A model generated the notes under the pieces. It did no database searches. It saw only the letters and a list, made by a program, of their open reading frames with translations, and was not told where the DNA came from. Position numbers and translations under genes: made by a program. Source: Octopus sinensis (taxonomy: Eukaryota). From it: a stretch of 64,000 nucleotides of DNA. Position 1 is the stretch's first letter, and the number at the start of each line of letters is the position of its first letter. Positions 37,029 to 49,318 of this stretch are shown here, one piece after another. The stretch is from positions 27,528,001 to 27,592,000 of the forward strand of contig NC_043005.1 of NCBI RefSeq assembly GCF_006345805.1. Direction: 5' to 3'.

Positions 37029-37030
<2 letters not shown>
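36061..37030. repeat. Tandem duplication of ~460 bp (period 510) joined by (TA)n(GATA)n
   Basis: 36061-36519 and 36571-37030 appear identical apart from one extra A. Confidence 0.95.
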
Positions 37031-37075
<45 letters not shown>

Positions 37076-37520
37076 AGCTTTTTTATTATTAATAATCACA
37101 ATTGCCCGACGGAGAACGTGAAACTCTGACTAGCAGCTACCTGGGGGCTAATGCAAATTCACACACACACACACACACACGGGTAAGCACATAAATGTGA
37201 AACAAGGTGAGAAAAAAATAGTACTCAAATACTGGAGAGTAATACACTTTTTTTTTTTTCCTTATTAAAGCTGCAAAAATATCACAAAAATCGGGTAGCT
37301 CCAAATCGGGGCTAATGCAGATTCGCACCTCACATTTAAAAAATGCATTTTTCTGAAAAAGTTTATTCGGATTCCTAGGTTTTACGTGTCAGAGATTACG
37401 AATATGTAAAACAATTTTTTTTTTTTATTTTAACCCCTAGGTTAGTGTTGAGACATATGGGGAGAACCGCTAAGTGACGGATTCGGCATATATCTCTACT
37501 GTAATTTTGTGAGGTTTCAT

Positions 37521-39180
37521 ACTTTTCGCCGAACACCTGACTTTCACTTTATAAATTGTACTGAAGCCAACTTATTTGACGTATGGCAGATATTCTCATA
37601 CAGATAAATACTACCAATCCCCGTCCCAAAATAATGACAAAAAAATTCCACCCGCTTCTTTTCGCCGAACACCTGACTTTCACTTTGTTAAGCTCTGTTT
37701 GACGGTCACCAAAGGATTTATAAATTGTACTGAAGCCAACTTATTTGACATACGGCAGATATTCTCATACTGATAAATACTACCAATCCCCGTCCCAAAA
37801 TAATGACAAAAAAATTCCACCCGCTTCTTTTCGCCGAACACCTGACTTTCACTTTGTTAAGCTCTGTTTGACGGTCACCAAAGGATTTATAAATTGTACT
37901 GAAGCCAACTTATTTGACTTATGGCAGATATCTCATACTGATAAATACTACCAATCCCCGTCCCAAAATAATGACAAAAAAATTCACCCGCTTCTTTTCG
38001 CCGAACACCTGACTTTCACTTTGTTAAGCTCTGTTTGACGGTCACCAAAGGATTTATAAATTGTACTGAAGCCAACTTATTTGACATACGGCAGATATTC
38101 TCATACTGATAAATACTACCAATCCCCGTCCCAAAATAATGACAAAAATTTCCACCCACCCGCTTCTTTTCGCCGAACCCTGACTTTCACTTTTTTAAGC
38201 TCTGTTGGACGGTCACCAAAGGATTTATAAATTGTACTGAAGCCAACTTATTTGACTTATGGCAGATATTCTCATACAGATAAATACTACCAATCCCCGT
38301 CCCAAAATAATGACAAAAAAATTCCACCCGCTTCTTTTCGCCGAACACCTGACTTTCACTTTGTTAAGCTCTGTTTGACGGTCACCAAAGGATTTATAAA
38401 TTGTACTGAAGCCAACTTATTTGACATACGGCAGATATTCTCATACTGATAAATACTACCAATCCCCGTCCCAAAATAATGACAAAAATTTCCACCCGCT
38501 TCTTTTCGCCGAACACCTGACTTTCACTTTTTTAAGCTCTGTTTGACGGTCACCAAAGGATTTATAAATTGTACTGAAGCCAACTTATTTGACTTATGGC
38601 AGATATTCTCATACTGATAAATACTACCAATCCCCGTCCCAAAATAATGACAAAAAAATTCCACCCGCTTCTTTTCGCCGAACACCTGACTTTCACTTTG
38701 TTAAGCTCTGTTTGACGGTCACCAAAGGATTTATAAATTGTACTGAAGCCAACTTATTTGACATACGGCAGATATTCTCATACTGATAAATACTACCAAT
38801 CCCCGTCCCAAAATAATGACAAAAATTTCCACCCGCTTCTTTTCGCCGAACACCTGACTTTCACTTTTTTAAGCTCTGTTTGACGGTCACCAAAGGATTT
38901 ATAAATTGTACTGAAGCCAACTTATTTGACTTATGGCAGATATTCTCATACTGATAAATACTACCAATCCCCGTCCCAAAATAATGACAAAAAAATTCCA
39001 CCCGCTTCTTTTCGCCGAACACCTGACTTTCACTTTTTTAAGCTCTGTTTGACGGTCACCAAAGGATTTATAAATTGTACTGAAGCCAACTTATTTGACT
39101 TATGGCAGATATTCTCATACTGATAAATACTACCAATCCCCGTCCCAAAATAATGACAAAAAAATTCCACCCGCTTCTTT
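37521..39180. repeat. Satellite array: ten units of ~168-169 bp with alternating A/B variants
   Basis: The unit TTTCGCCGAACACCTGACTTTCAC...CCACCCGCTTCT recurs every ~169 bp; unit 1 lacks ~33 bp. The repeated MTYGRYSH ORFs fall at the same period. Confidence 0.97.
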
Positions 39181-39923
39181 AATTACGGTGACAGCGTGAG
39201 GCCTGGTGATTAGGATGTTGTACACACATAATCACAAGGTTGTGGTTTCGATTCTCAGTCTGCTTTGTTCTTGAACAAGCACTTTATTTCATGTCCCTTC
39301 GGGAGCAACCCTACAACGAACGTATATAAATTTCTATTTTCATTTATAACATAAGCGTGTACTTTTTTTTTCCTTTACTCCTGTTTGGAAAGTGACATTT
39401 GCTGAAGTGAGAACAGAAAGTGTAAAATGTATGTACGTGTATATGAAATGGATGTGTGCTTGTGTGCAGCGAGAGAGTGAGTGATTGAAGGTGTGTGTTG
39501 TCATGTATGGATTTTTTTAGTTGCATGTATGTGTAAGTGGCAGTCACTCTTTCTCTCACACACACATACAAAAAACGATGTATGCATATGTATTTATGTA
39601 TGTACGTGTATATGAAATATAATGTGTGTAAGAGAGAGCGAGTGTCACATACATACAAAAAATACATAACACACACCCTCACTCTCTCTCTCTCTCTCTC
39701 TCTCACACACACGTCCATTTCACATATACTTACGTACATCTTTCACTTTCTGCTTTCACTTCAAAGCAAACGTCGCCTTCCAAAGAGGAGTAAAGAAATA
39801 AAAAAAAGGTTTTTAAATTTTACAGAAAAAAAATTGCCAGACTTTATTGGCAAATTTTTAAATTAACATAAACAACTGGCATCCCGTTCTACGAATGCAG
39901 GTAATGTAACTTCAGTCCCTTAA

Positions 39924-40159
39924 ATACCTATTTGTTTACTACCCACAAGGGGCTACACACAGAGGGAACAAACAAGGACAGACAAACGGATTAAGTCGAT
40001 TATATCGACTCCAGTGCGTAACTAGTACTTATTTAATCGACCCCGAAAGAATGAAAGGCAAAGTCGACCTCGGCGGAATTTGAACTCAGAACGTAGCAGC
40101 AGACGAAACACTGCTAAGCATTTCGTCCGACGTGCTAACGTTTCTGCCAGCTCGCCGCC
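39924..40159 (-). mobile_element. tRNA-derived SINE family B (GGCGGCGAGCTGGCAGAA head; GTCGACTTTGCCTTTCATCCTTTCGGGGTCGAT core)
   Basis: Near-consensus reverse copy with a B-box-like GAGTTCAAATTC. Other copies at about 1000-1232(-), 21185-21410(-), 22420-22652(-), 25312-25530(+), 25540-25752(+), 44493-44710(+), 50630-50815(+) and 61075-61443(-, two nested). Confidence 0.9.
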
Positions 40160-40381
40160 TTCGGCTACTTGAATACCATGGATACCAGGTAACCTGTGCT
40201 ACGAGTACTAGGCCTCCAGACAGTAATGACTTGCTTTACTTTTTTTTTTTTTACTTCAGTTATGAAAAAATAATAGGACAACCCCTTAAGTTTACAAAAT
40301 GTCCTTCGTTTCCATGAAACACTCTCATTTTGATATATCTTTTGTAAAGCCCTTCCTATAAAAAAAAAATTCATCACTTAC

Positions 40382-40417
40382 GTAATCCAAAAAACCAGTT
40401 TTGTCACGCTGTGTCAT
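40382..40417 (-). CDS. Candidate first coding exon (MTQRDKTGFLDY) of an unidentified gene
   Basis: GCC-ATG Kozak-like context, 12 sense codons, then a GTAAGT donor (phase 0), in a CpG-rich region. No homology was recognised. Confidence 0.3.
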
Positions 40418-40481
40418 GGCAACTTGAGAAATACTACCCTCTGGACCGTCTTCTGTCCATTTGTTTAATGTGTATATTTAT

Positions 40482-40943
40482 GAAAAACACTTTCTCCCGC
40501 ACGCCCCTCATTTTCTCGGATCTTTTTTTTTTTTTTTTTTTTTTTTTTTTGCCAAAAACCCCCGTTTTCGGATACGGAGATTCCGGAAAATTGCCAAAAG
40601 TCGGCATTTTGAAATTTCTTGGACCCCCTTCCCCCACTCCCCCAATTTTGTCATTTTTTTCACTTTTTTCCATAACCCTAACCCTAACTAGAAAATTTTT
40701 TGGAAATTAATTTCAGAATCATAATCTCCATATTTTTCCGCATATTTTGAAAAGAACAATTTCTCAAAAAAGTTAAAAATGAAGAAATAAGGGTTGGGGG
40801 TAATTTCAAAATGCCGATTTTTGCCAATCTTTTTGCAGATACTAATTCTCCGTAGCCTAAAACGGAGGTTTGTGTAGAAAAAAAAATATTTAAAACAACG
40901 GGGTGTTTTTTTGGGGGGTGTGTGTGCAAAAGGAAGTCTTGCC
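40482..40943. mobile_element. Palindromic MITE of the same Merlin-like family
   Basis: The right end GGAAGTCTTGCC is the reverse complement of the 5410 left end. 8-bp TSD ATATTTAT at 40474-40481 and 40944-40951. Contains internal inverted segments and TAACCCTAACCCTAAC. Confidence 0.75.
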
Positions 40944-41937
40944 ATATTTATTTCTATCTGCTTATATAGAACAACATAGAAAAAATTGTCCTTTCTTAAT
41001 GAAAGATGCTTTGGGGAAATCTGAAGGAAATTTAGTTGCTACTTATAGTTTGTCAGTAGGTCAAGGGTCATAAGGATTTCCGTGTGATAATCAGTCACAT
41101 TAAAGAGGAAGTAATAAGTGGTGAGAGGAAGAGTTGACAATATATTGGCTTCGTGTGTGTGTGTGTGTGTGTGTGTGTTATCTATAATCTATATCTATAA
41201 GAGAGAATTTGTATGTGTGTGTGCGTTCCTTATGCATTCCAAAACTGAGATGCCAATTTTGAAGTGTGGGGTATCAAAAGATGCAGTAAGCTTTCGGCTA
41301 CCAACTAAACTATATTTTCATTCACATATTTGCATTACAAAAATTTAACATTGTTATTTTTCTTTTAGTTACCTATTGTAAACAACATTTTATACCACCA
41401 CCACAACGACGATGACGTTACATTTTCTTTGAGTGTGTTCATGCATTCGTTAGGCTGACTGACAAGTATACATGTGTGATAGTGTATGTGTCTCTCAGTA
41501 TACATACATTTTGGTGATGACTGACACACACACACAGATCTAAAGACTGAGGCAGACACACACGCGGACAGAGATAGGCTTGAGGTGTGCATTAATGTCT
41601 GTATGTGCATGTGTCTTGGTATATGCATGTCACTTTACAGTTTTTTAAATTCTTTGTATGTGAGGTTACTAACAGAGATTCTGAGGTCCTTAACATTTGT
41701 TGAAATCTTGGCAGTCAAAAGAAAACATAGAAATTAATTGCATTTAAGAAACTACATTTAACATTATAGTTAAATTACTAAAACTCAAGTGGGAGCATAA
41801 AGATAACAGGAGTCTATTTTATCTTCTTTTTTCCCTCACCTCTCTTGATACAAGATTTAGTTTAGTTTCAAATTGATGATAATACTGTGAGTTGTTCACC
41901 CTGATAAGAGAAGCCTCTATATAGTTTCAGAGCTTAG

Positions 41938-42168
41938 GGCGGCGAGCTGGCAGAAACATTAGCACGCCAGGCGAAATGCGTAGCCTTATTTCGTCTGCTG
42001 TTACGTTCCGAGTTCAAATTCTGCCGAGGTCAACTTTGCCTTTCATCCTTTCAGGGTCGATAAATTAAGTACCAGTAATGCACTGGGGTCGATGTAATCG
42101 ACTTAATCCGTTTGTCTGTCCTTGTTTGTCCCCTCTGTGTTTAGCCCCTTGTGGGTAGTAAAGAAATA
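41938..42168 (+). mobile_element. SINE family B copy
   Basis: Runs from GGGCGGCGAGCTGGCAGAA to CCCCTTGTGGGTAGTAAAGAAAT. Confidence 0.9.
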
Positions 42169-43548
42169 TATATAGTTTCAGAGCTTGTTAGAAATAACAA
42201 AGAAATCACTCTTTCCAATCAAACCTGACCGTCATAATTATTTCTACTTTTGATACAAAACTATCAGTTTTGAGGAGAGAGGAAGTGAATTGCATTGATA
42301 CCTGTGCTGAACTAGTATTTATTTTAGTGACCCAAGAGGATGAAAGACAGAGTTGACCTCTGTAGAATTTGAACTGGAATACATAAAGAGCTAGAAGTGC
42401 TGCTAAGCATTTTGTTCTATTCACTAATGGTACTGTTAGCTCAACAACCCTACCATAATTTATTTCTGTATTGCCTGACTGGTAGTTAGAGGATGGAGGA
42501 GTTGCTATCTGCCAGTAGAGAGGGGAAGAAGAAGGAATGCACGGTGCTGACTAGAAAGAAAGAAAGGATAAAGGTGGCTCTGCCCTGATTGGTTGTATGC
42601 AAATGAGTTTATTACTGGGTTCCGGAACTCTCGTGGGAAAAAAAATTTCACGTCCTGGAATAGAGAGGTCATGTCTTTGATGAGGCATCAAAGGAATTTG
42701 CCAAATGTAGATGATTGATTCACTGGATGCTTAAGCAAACAATCAATTAGTTAATTAGTGAAGTAGTTAACCAATTGACAAATAAAGAAGTAAGATGGAA
42801 CCAGTGTGTGTGTTTATTATTGGCATAATGACCCTCCCAAGATATATCAGCAGCTGTAACAACTATGCTACAGCTGCTATCCCTAATACAACTATGAAAT
42901 AGGCCATGGTATATTGATTACTGACTGTTAAGTTTGGATCTTAAAAGTACATATTGTTTGTCTAATTAATATTATGTTTTGTGTTGCTTCATTGTATAGC
43001 TAATTAAAATAACCTTTCATTGCCAGCTTTGTTTATCTCTATTCTTTACAGAGATTGATTTTTGAGATGTCTTATTATAAATTAGTAATTATTATAAACT
43101 AGTGTCCCCCTCTTATAAAGATAAGTTTTACTAATGATAGGTGCAGGCAATCATGCAGATCCGTTAGAGTATCGGATACAATAATACTTAGTGGTGCTTC
43201 AGGTTCTTTACATTCCGAGTTCAAATTTTGCTGTGGTCGTCTTTTCCTTTCAGGATTGGTAAGCACCAGCCAAGTATTGGAGTTGATGTCATCAACTTCC
43301 CCCACCTCTCAAAACTGTTGGCCCTGTGCCAAAACTTGAGATTATTTTTAAGTGCAGGCATAGCTCAGTTCACTTCCCAACCTACTACCGGCACTCAAAC
43401 CTAATGATTGAGCCAAGCTCTCCATCAATGAAGGAGCTTCTACATGGCTGCTTGTTCTGCTCAATACAGCAGCCAAATCACCTTCAAATCACATCTTACA
43501 GTTTAGAAAAGGACAAAGTAGATAATTTGTTGTTGAGTTGCCTCTCTC

Positions 43549-43949
43549 TCTCTTTTACTCTTTTACTTGTTTCAGTCATTTGACTGCGGCCATGCTGGAG
43601 CACCGCCTTTAATCGAGCAACTCGACCCCGGGACTTATTCTTTTGTAAGCCTAGTACTTATTCTATTGGTCTCTTTTGCCAAACCGCTAAGTAACGGGGA
43701 CATAAACACACCAGCATCGGTTGTCAAGCAATGCTAGGGGGACACACACAAACACATACACATACATACATATACATATACATATATACGACAGGCTTCT
43801 TTCAGTTTCCGTCTACCAAATCCACTCACAAGGCTTTGATCGGCCCGAGGCTATAGTAGAAGACACTTGCTCAAGGTGCCACGCAGTGGGACTAAACCCG
43901 GAACCATGTGGTCAGTAAACAAGCTACTTACCACACAGCCACTCCTGCC
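43549..43949 (-). mobile_element. SINE family A copy (young)
   Basis: Near-consensus reverse copy with CpGs mostly retained. Confidence 0.9.
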
Positions 43950-44708
43950 TACAATAGAAAAATGGCTGGGTGGTCATGGTTGGTATCTTTTTGATCAGAG
44001 ATCTACTCAGTCAGGGCTGACTTGAATCTAACCAAGAGCAAAACAAACTATAAATCTTATTACTTTCTCAGACACAAAACTCCCCCCCACTCCCTTCTCT
44101 CTCTCTATTGCTGCTTCTTCCCAAGAGGTAATGCCTGTACCCATGTACATTCTACCCTTGACTTCCATTTACTCTGCTTCAGTCTCTCTTCCTCATCATC
44201 ATCATTTTTTATCACATGTGCTTTTACCATGTTGGCATGGGTTGGTTGAGACTTGTTAAAACTGTCTTCTTTTAACCAGATGCCCTTCCTGACACTTACT
44301 ACTTACCATTTTTTTTTCCTGTTTCTTTCCATGTATGCTACTTTCTTTCATGTCCTTGCATACCAAACCACCAAGCTACTTTGCTCTTATTTAGGTGGAA
44401 CTGCTACAGCTCAAGTAGCATCAATGCAAAGACATTTGGAGACACACTCACACCTACATATAAATCATCATCATATTCTTAAAACCCTGAAGGCAGTGAA
44501 CTGGCAGAAACGTCAGCATGCCTGATGTAATGCTTAGCAGTATTTCGTCTGTCTTTATGTTCCGAGTTCAAATTCTGCCGAGGTCGACTTTGCCTTTCAT
44601 CCTTTCGGGGTCAATAAATTAAGTAACAGTTGCATACTAGGTTCAATCTAATCAAATGCCCCCCTCGCCAAAAATTTTGGGCCTTGTGCCTAGAGTAGAA
44701 AAGAATAT

Positions 44709-44817
<109 letters not shown>

Positions 44818-46103
44818 CTAACCCTGCTTCAGTTGCAGCCCTCAACTCATTGATATTGATTTCCCAAATAGCTTGTAAATTAGGCACAAGACTAGGGAGG
44901 TCCTTTGAAGGGGAGAGGTGTAAATTGATACCATCAACCCCAGCACATGAATGGTACTTTACTTTTATCAATCTCAAAAGGATGAAAAATTCAAATTCTG
45001 TCAAGGTTGATTTTACCTTTCATCCTTTCAGGGTCGATAAATTAATTACCAGTTGCGTACTGGGGTTGATTTAATTAACTGGCCCCACTCCCCCAAAATT
45101 TCGGGCCTTGTGCCTAGAGTAGAAAAGATTCTTAAAATCGACTTTTCTTATAACATATTTTTGAAACCCGTTTGCATGGATTGGACAGAATTTCTTATAC
45201 TGGGGCCGTTTCTGGCTGTATGCCCTTCCTGTCACTAACCCTTAGGTTAGTGACAGCAAGAGATGTTTTCTCGTCCATGACCAAACATGTTTTCATGGAA
45301 GACTGGAAACAAACAATATGACTTGTGTAAGGGATAATGCTTGTTTACAACTTATGTTATAACCAAGGTAAGGATACAGAGGCACACACATACACACTTA
45401 TGTGTGTGTGTCTTTGTTTTTAACTTCATTCCCACCACCACCACCACATAACTGGTGTTGGTTTGTTTACATCCCTGTGTCTTTGCAATTCAGCAAAAGA
45501 AACCAATAGATTAGGAACCAAACTTCAGAAAAAAAACATACTGACACTCATTCATTTGACTAAACCCTTAAATACAAGACTCCAGCTTGGCCAAAGTCCA
45601 ATGACTGAAACAAGTAAAAGATAAAAAATAAATAAATACAAAACTTTGGCTCTTAGAGTATTTACCATTTACCGTCTGGTCAGAATTAACTTAGATTCAT
45701 CCTTAATTGTCCCATGAAATTCTACCCTTTTGCTGATAACAGGCTTAACAACATCATCATCATCATCATTGTCGTTTAACGTCCTCTTTCCATGCTGGCA
45801 TGGGTTGGATGGTTTGACTGAGGGCTGACGAGCCAGAAGGCTGCACCAGGCTCCAATCCGATCTGGCAATGTTTCTACAGCTGGATGCCCTTCCTAACGC
45901 CAACCACTCTGAGTGTAGTGGGTGCTTTTTACGTGCCACCGGCACAAGGGCAAACATATATATATATATATACAATTGTATAAGATATGTTTTTACAAAA
46001 TTTAAACAAAGATGCTAATTTTAAAGAGTTATAATAGTGATAAATCTTCCAAGAGTGCCTTCTACATAAAAAGCAAATAGTTAAGTGCAGGTTGCCATTT
46101 TTA

Positions 46104-46294
46104 CAAGGGGGTGCTGAAAAGTTCTTGGCTTTAGGTAAAAGAAAATACAGGAGGATCAGTTTATTCTGATTTTGTGCAACATATTCCCCTTTCAGATTCA
46201 CACACCTATTGCAGCGATCCTTCAGTTTTTCTATGCTCTGTAAAAGAACTCAGAAGGTTGGGCCTCCATCCAGGATCTTTTTAGTACCCTCTCA
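46104..46294. mobile_element. mariner-type MITE
   Basis: Flanked by TA on both sides. Degenerate 25-bp TIRs CAAGGGGGTGCTGAAAAGTTCTTGG / CCAGGATCTTTTTAGTACCCTCTCA (about 18 of 25). Confidence 0.6.
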
Positions 46295-47801
46295 TAATAT
46301 GGTGAGCCGAAACTAGTTTTTAATTAATTGAAATTTTAACTATAATGAGAAGTATAGTTATTAGTGTTGATAAAAGTTAGTGTCAAAAGAGGCAAATATG
46401 AGAATTCCTAAAATTTTAGTTGACCTAAAATGAAATGGGGGGGGGGGGCAGGGGGCAAGTCTGGTACCTATGGTAACATCTCTGACAGGTTTTGGTCTTA
46501 TTGGACCTCTCTAGCAAAGCATAGTCAACACGCAGCTACTAAAAGCTCAGAACAAGTAAAATAGTTTTTGTTGCTTTTTTATGTAGAAATATTTCACTGA
46601 TTAGGCAATTTCAATTAATGACTAGAAAATTTGCCAATGCTTCTTTTTCCTGAAGAATCCACTTTGCTAATTGTTTTGATATTTTCTCTGCTAATTGATG
46701 TTACTATTTCTCTGAAAAATTGATGTTGATATTTAGACACACTGATACATTGCCAATAATTGGTTGCTTAGTTGGATTTTTTTTTTTAAGATTGTAATTT
46801 GATAGACAATTAGTAAAGTAAAAGCAAAACCCTAAAAGCATGTTGTTTCTATGTCTGTACCCCTTCACATAATCTGCCCCTGATGATTCTCTCCCCACTC
46901 TTTCCACCCTGTATTCCCTCCCCCCATCTCCACTCACTGCATTCCCTCTCCTCCATCTGTCCAGTCCTCTCTATGATTTTCCCTCCCTATAATTTGAGGC
47001 TACACCTTGACACATCTTTCTCTCTCTCTCTCCCTCTCCCTCTCTTCTCTCATCTCTCTTTTCCAACTGGAGTTTCTATGCATCTCCCCTCCAGCAAGAC
47101 AATTGTTTCTGTCCTATTCATATTCTAACCCCTCATCACCTGGCACAAAACCACCTCCATCAATATTGCCCAACCCTCTCAGTCAAGAGATCTTATCTTG
47201 CAAGTTACTTGGTGACCTCTCGGGTGCTGGCACCACATAAAAAACACCTTGTACATTGTAAAGTGTTTGGTTTTAGGAAGGGCATCCAACCATAGAACCC
47301 ATGGCAAAGCAGACCGTTGTGCTTGGTGCAGTCTTCAGGTTTGTCAGTTTCTGTCAAACAGCCCAATCCTTGCCAGCATGGAAACCTAATGTTAAATGCA
47401 GATGACTGTATGTCACACTTCAGTCAGTTATATATATTTGCAATTGTCAATAACCTTATAATCTCAACGTCTTCACATTGGTCTTCAGTACTTTGTCCCA
47501 TATCTTCCTGGGTCTCCCTCTTCCACAAGTTCCATCCACTTTAAGTGATCAGCAAATATATATGTATATACATACATGCATGATGATGATGATGACACAC
47601 ATACACACACATACATATATATACACACACATATCTATCTATCTATTTGTCAGGCTATCTACCTACCTATATCTATCCATCTCCATTGGATTTGACAAGT
47701 TCTAGAGAGGAAAAGCACTAATAATAATGAAGAAAGCACTAATAATAATGAAGAAATAAAAGGATTTTTTTCAAAAATTCTGACTACTTTTTTCTCAATA
47801 T

Positions 47802-48170
47802 CATCATCATCATCATCGTTTAACGTCCGTTCTCCATGCTAGCATGGGTTGGACGGTTCGACCGGGGATCTGGGAAGCCAGAAGGCTGCACCAGGCTCCA
47901 GTCTAATCTGGCAATGTTTCTACAGCTAGATGCCCTTCCTAACGCCAACCACTCCGTGAGTGTAGTGGGTGCTTTTTACACGCCACCTGCACAGGTGCCA
48001 GGCGAGGCTGGCAACGGCCACGGTCGGATTGGTGTATTGTATGTGCCACCGGCATGGAAGCCAGTCGAGGCGGTGCTGGCATCGGCCACGAGTCGGATAG
48101 TGCTTTTTACGTACCACCAGACCAGGGATCCTGGCTGGTTCAATTCGATTTCGATTTCACTTGCCCCAAC
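47802..48170 (-). mobile_element. SINE family C with RTE-type 3' end and (GAT)n tail
   Basis: Contains GTGGTTGGCGTTAGGAAGGGCATC, typical of RTE-related 3' ends, and a (GAT)n tail. Other copies at about 1318-1530(+), 20670-20943(+), 32727-33085(-), 45757-45952(-), 50843-51007(+), 59160-59460(+) and 63890-64000(-). Confidence 0.85.
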
Positions 48171-48266
48171 AAGTGTGTGTGTGTGTGTGTATATTTATAT
48201 ATACACAAGCACACACACAAACATATGTGTATATATATATATATATTATATATATATATATATAGT

Positions 48267-48618
48267 GGAGGTGCGATGGCCCAGTGGTTAGGGCAGCAGA
48301 CTTGCAGTCGTAGAATTGTGGTTTCAATTTCCAGACCAGGCATTGTGAGTGTTTATTGAGCGAAAACACTTAAAAGCTCCACGAGGTCTGGCAGGGGGTG
48401 GTGGCAAACCCTGCTGTACTCTTTCAATACAACTTTCTCTCACTCTTTCTTCCTGTTTCTGTGGTACCTGTATTTCAAAGGGGCCAGCCTTGTCACACTG
48501 AATCTCCCCCGAGAACTACACTAGGGGTACACGTGTCTGTGGAGTGCTCAGCCACTTGCACGTTAATTTCACGAGCAGGCTGTTCTGTTGATTGCATCAA
48601 CTAGAACTGTTGTCATCG
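48267..48618 (+). mobile_element. tRNA-derived SINE family D
   Basis: tRNA-like head TGGCCCAGTGGTTAGGGC...GGTTTCAATTTCC. The body matches 56832-57209(+) and the partial reverse copy at 28175-28470. Confidence 0.85.
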
Positions 48619-49156
48619 TATATATATATATATATATATGTGTGTGCGTATGTATGTATGTATATATATATATATGTGCATATGTATGTATATATATATA
48701 TATATATATATACATACATACATACATACGCACACTTTTACAAGAAAAGAGGAGAGAGACTTTGAAGTGTCAGCCTTTGAAGATTTATAAAAGTCTGGTA
48801 AATACGTACTAAAAAGTATTGAGTAATTCTTCAGTTTTTACATATTTGACAAAAATACGCACGCGCACACACATACACACACACACACCTGACTTTTATC
48901 TAAGCGGTTAGAGTTAGCCACATACCTATCAGTGACTTGTATCCTTTCTTTTTATTTCTATTTCTAAGAATTATTGATAATGGATTTTTTATAAAAAAAG
49001 GTTTTATGTTATCTTCTGTCAAAGAAATGAATGGATGGATGTTATAGTTTCTTCACTAAATTTGACCTATAACCATGACCTGATCTTTTCATGGTGTTCA
49101 ATATACTTGCACTAGCTGCTTGTTTTCAGCTTTGCTGAAACCTTTGTATGTATGTG

Positions 49157-49318
<162 letters not shown>

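Noticed and set aside
37576-39123. Repeated MTYGRYSH... ORFs, or a CRISPR-like array
   Set aside because: They are a by-product of the satellite period. Units are homogeneous with no unique spacers and the frames are not maintained.
40675-40690. Telomeric repeat or interstitial telomere
   Set aside because: Only two to three TAACCC units, and they are internal to a MITE.
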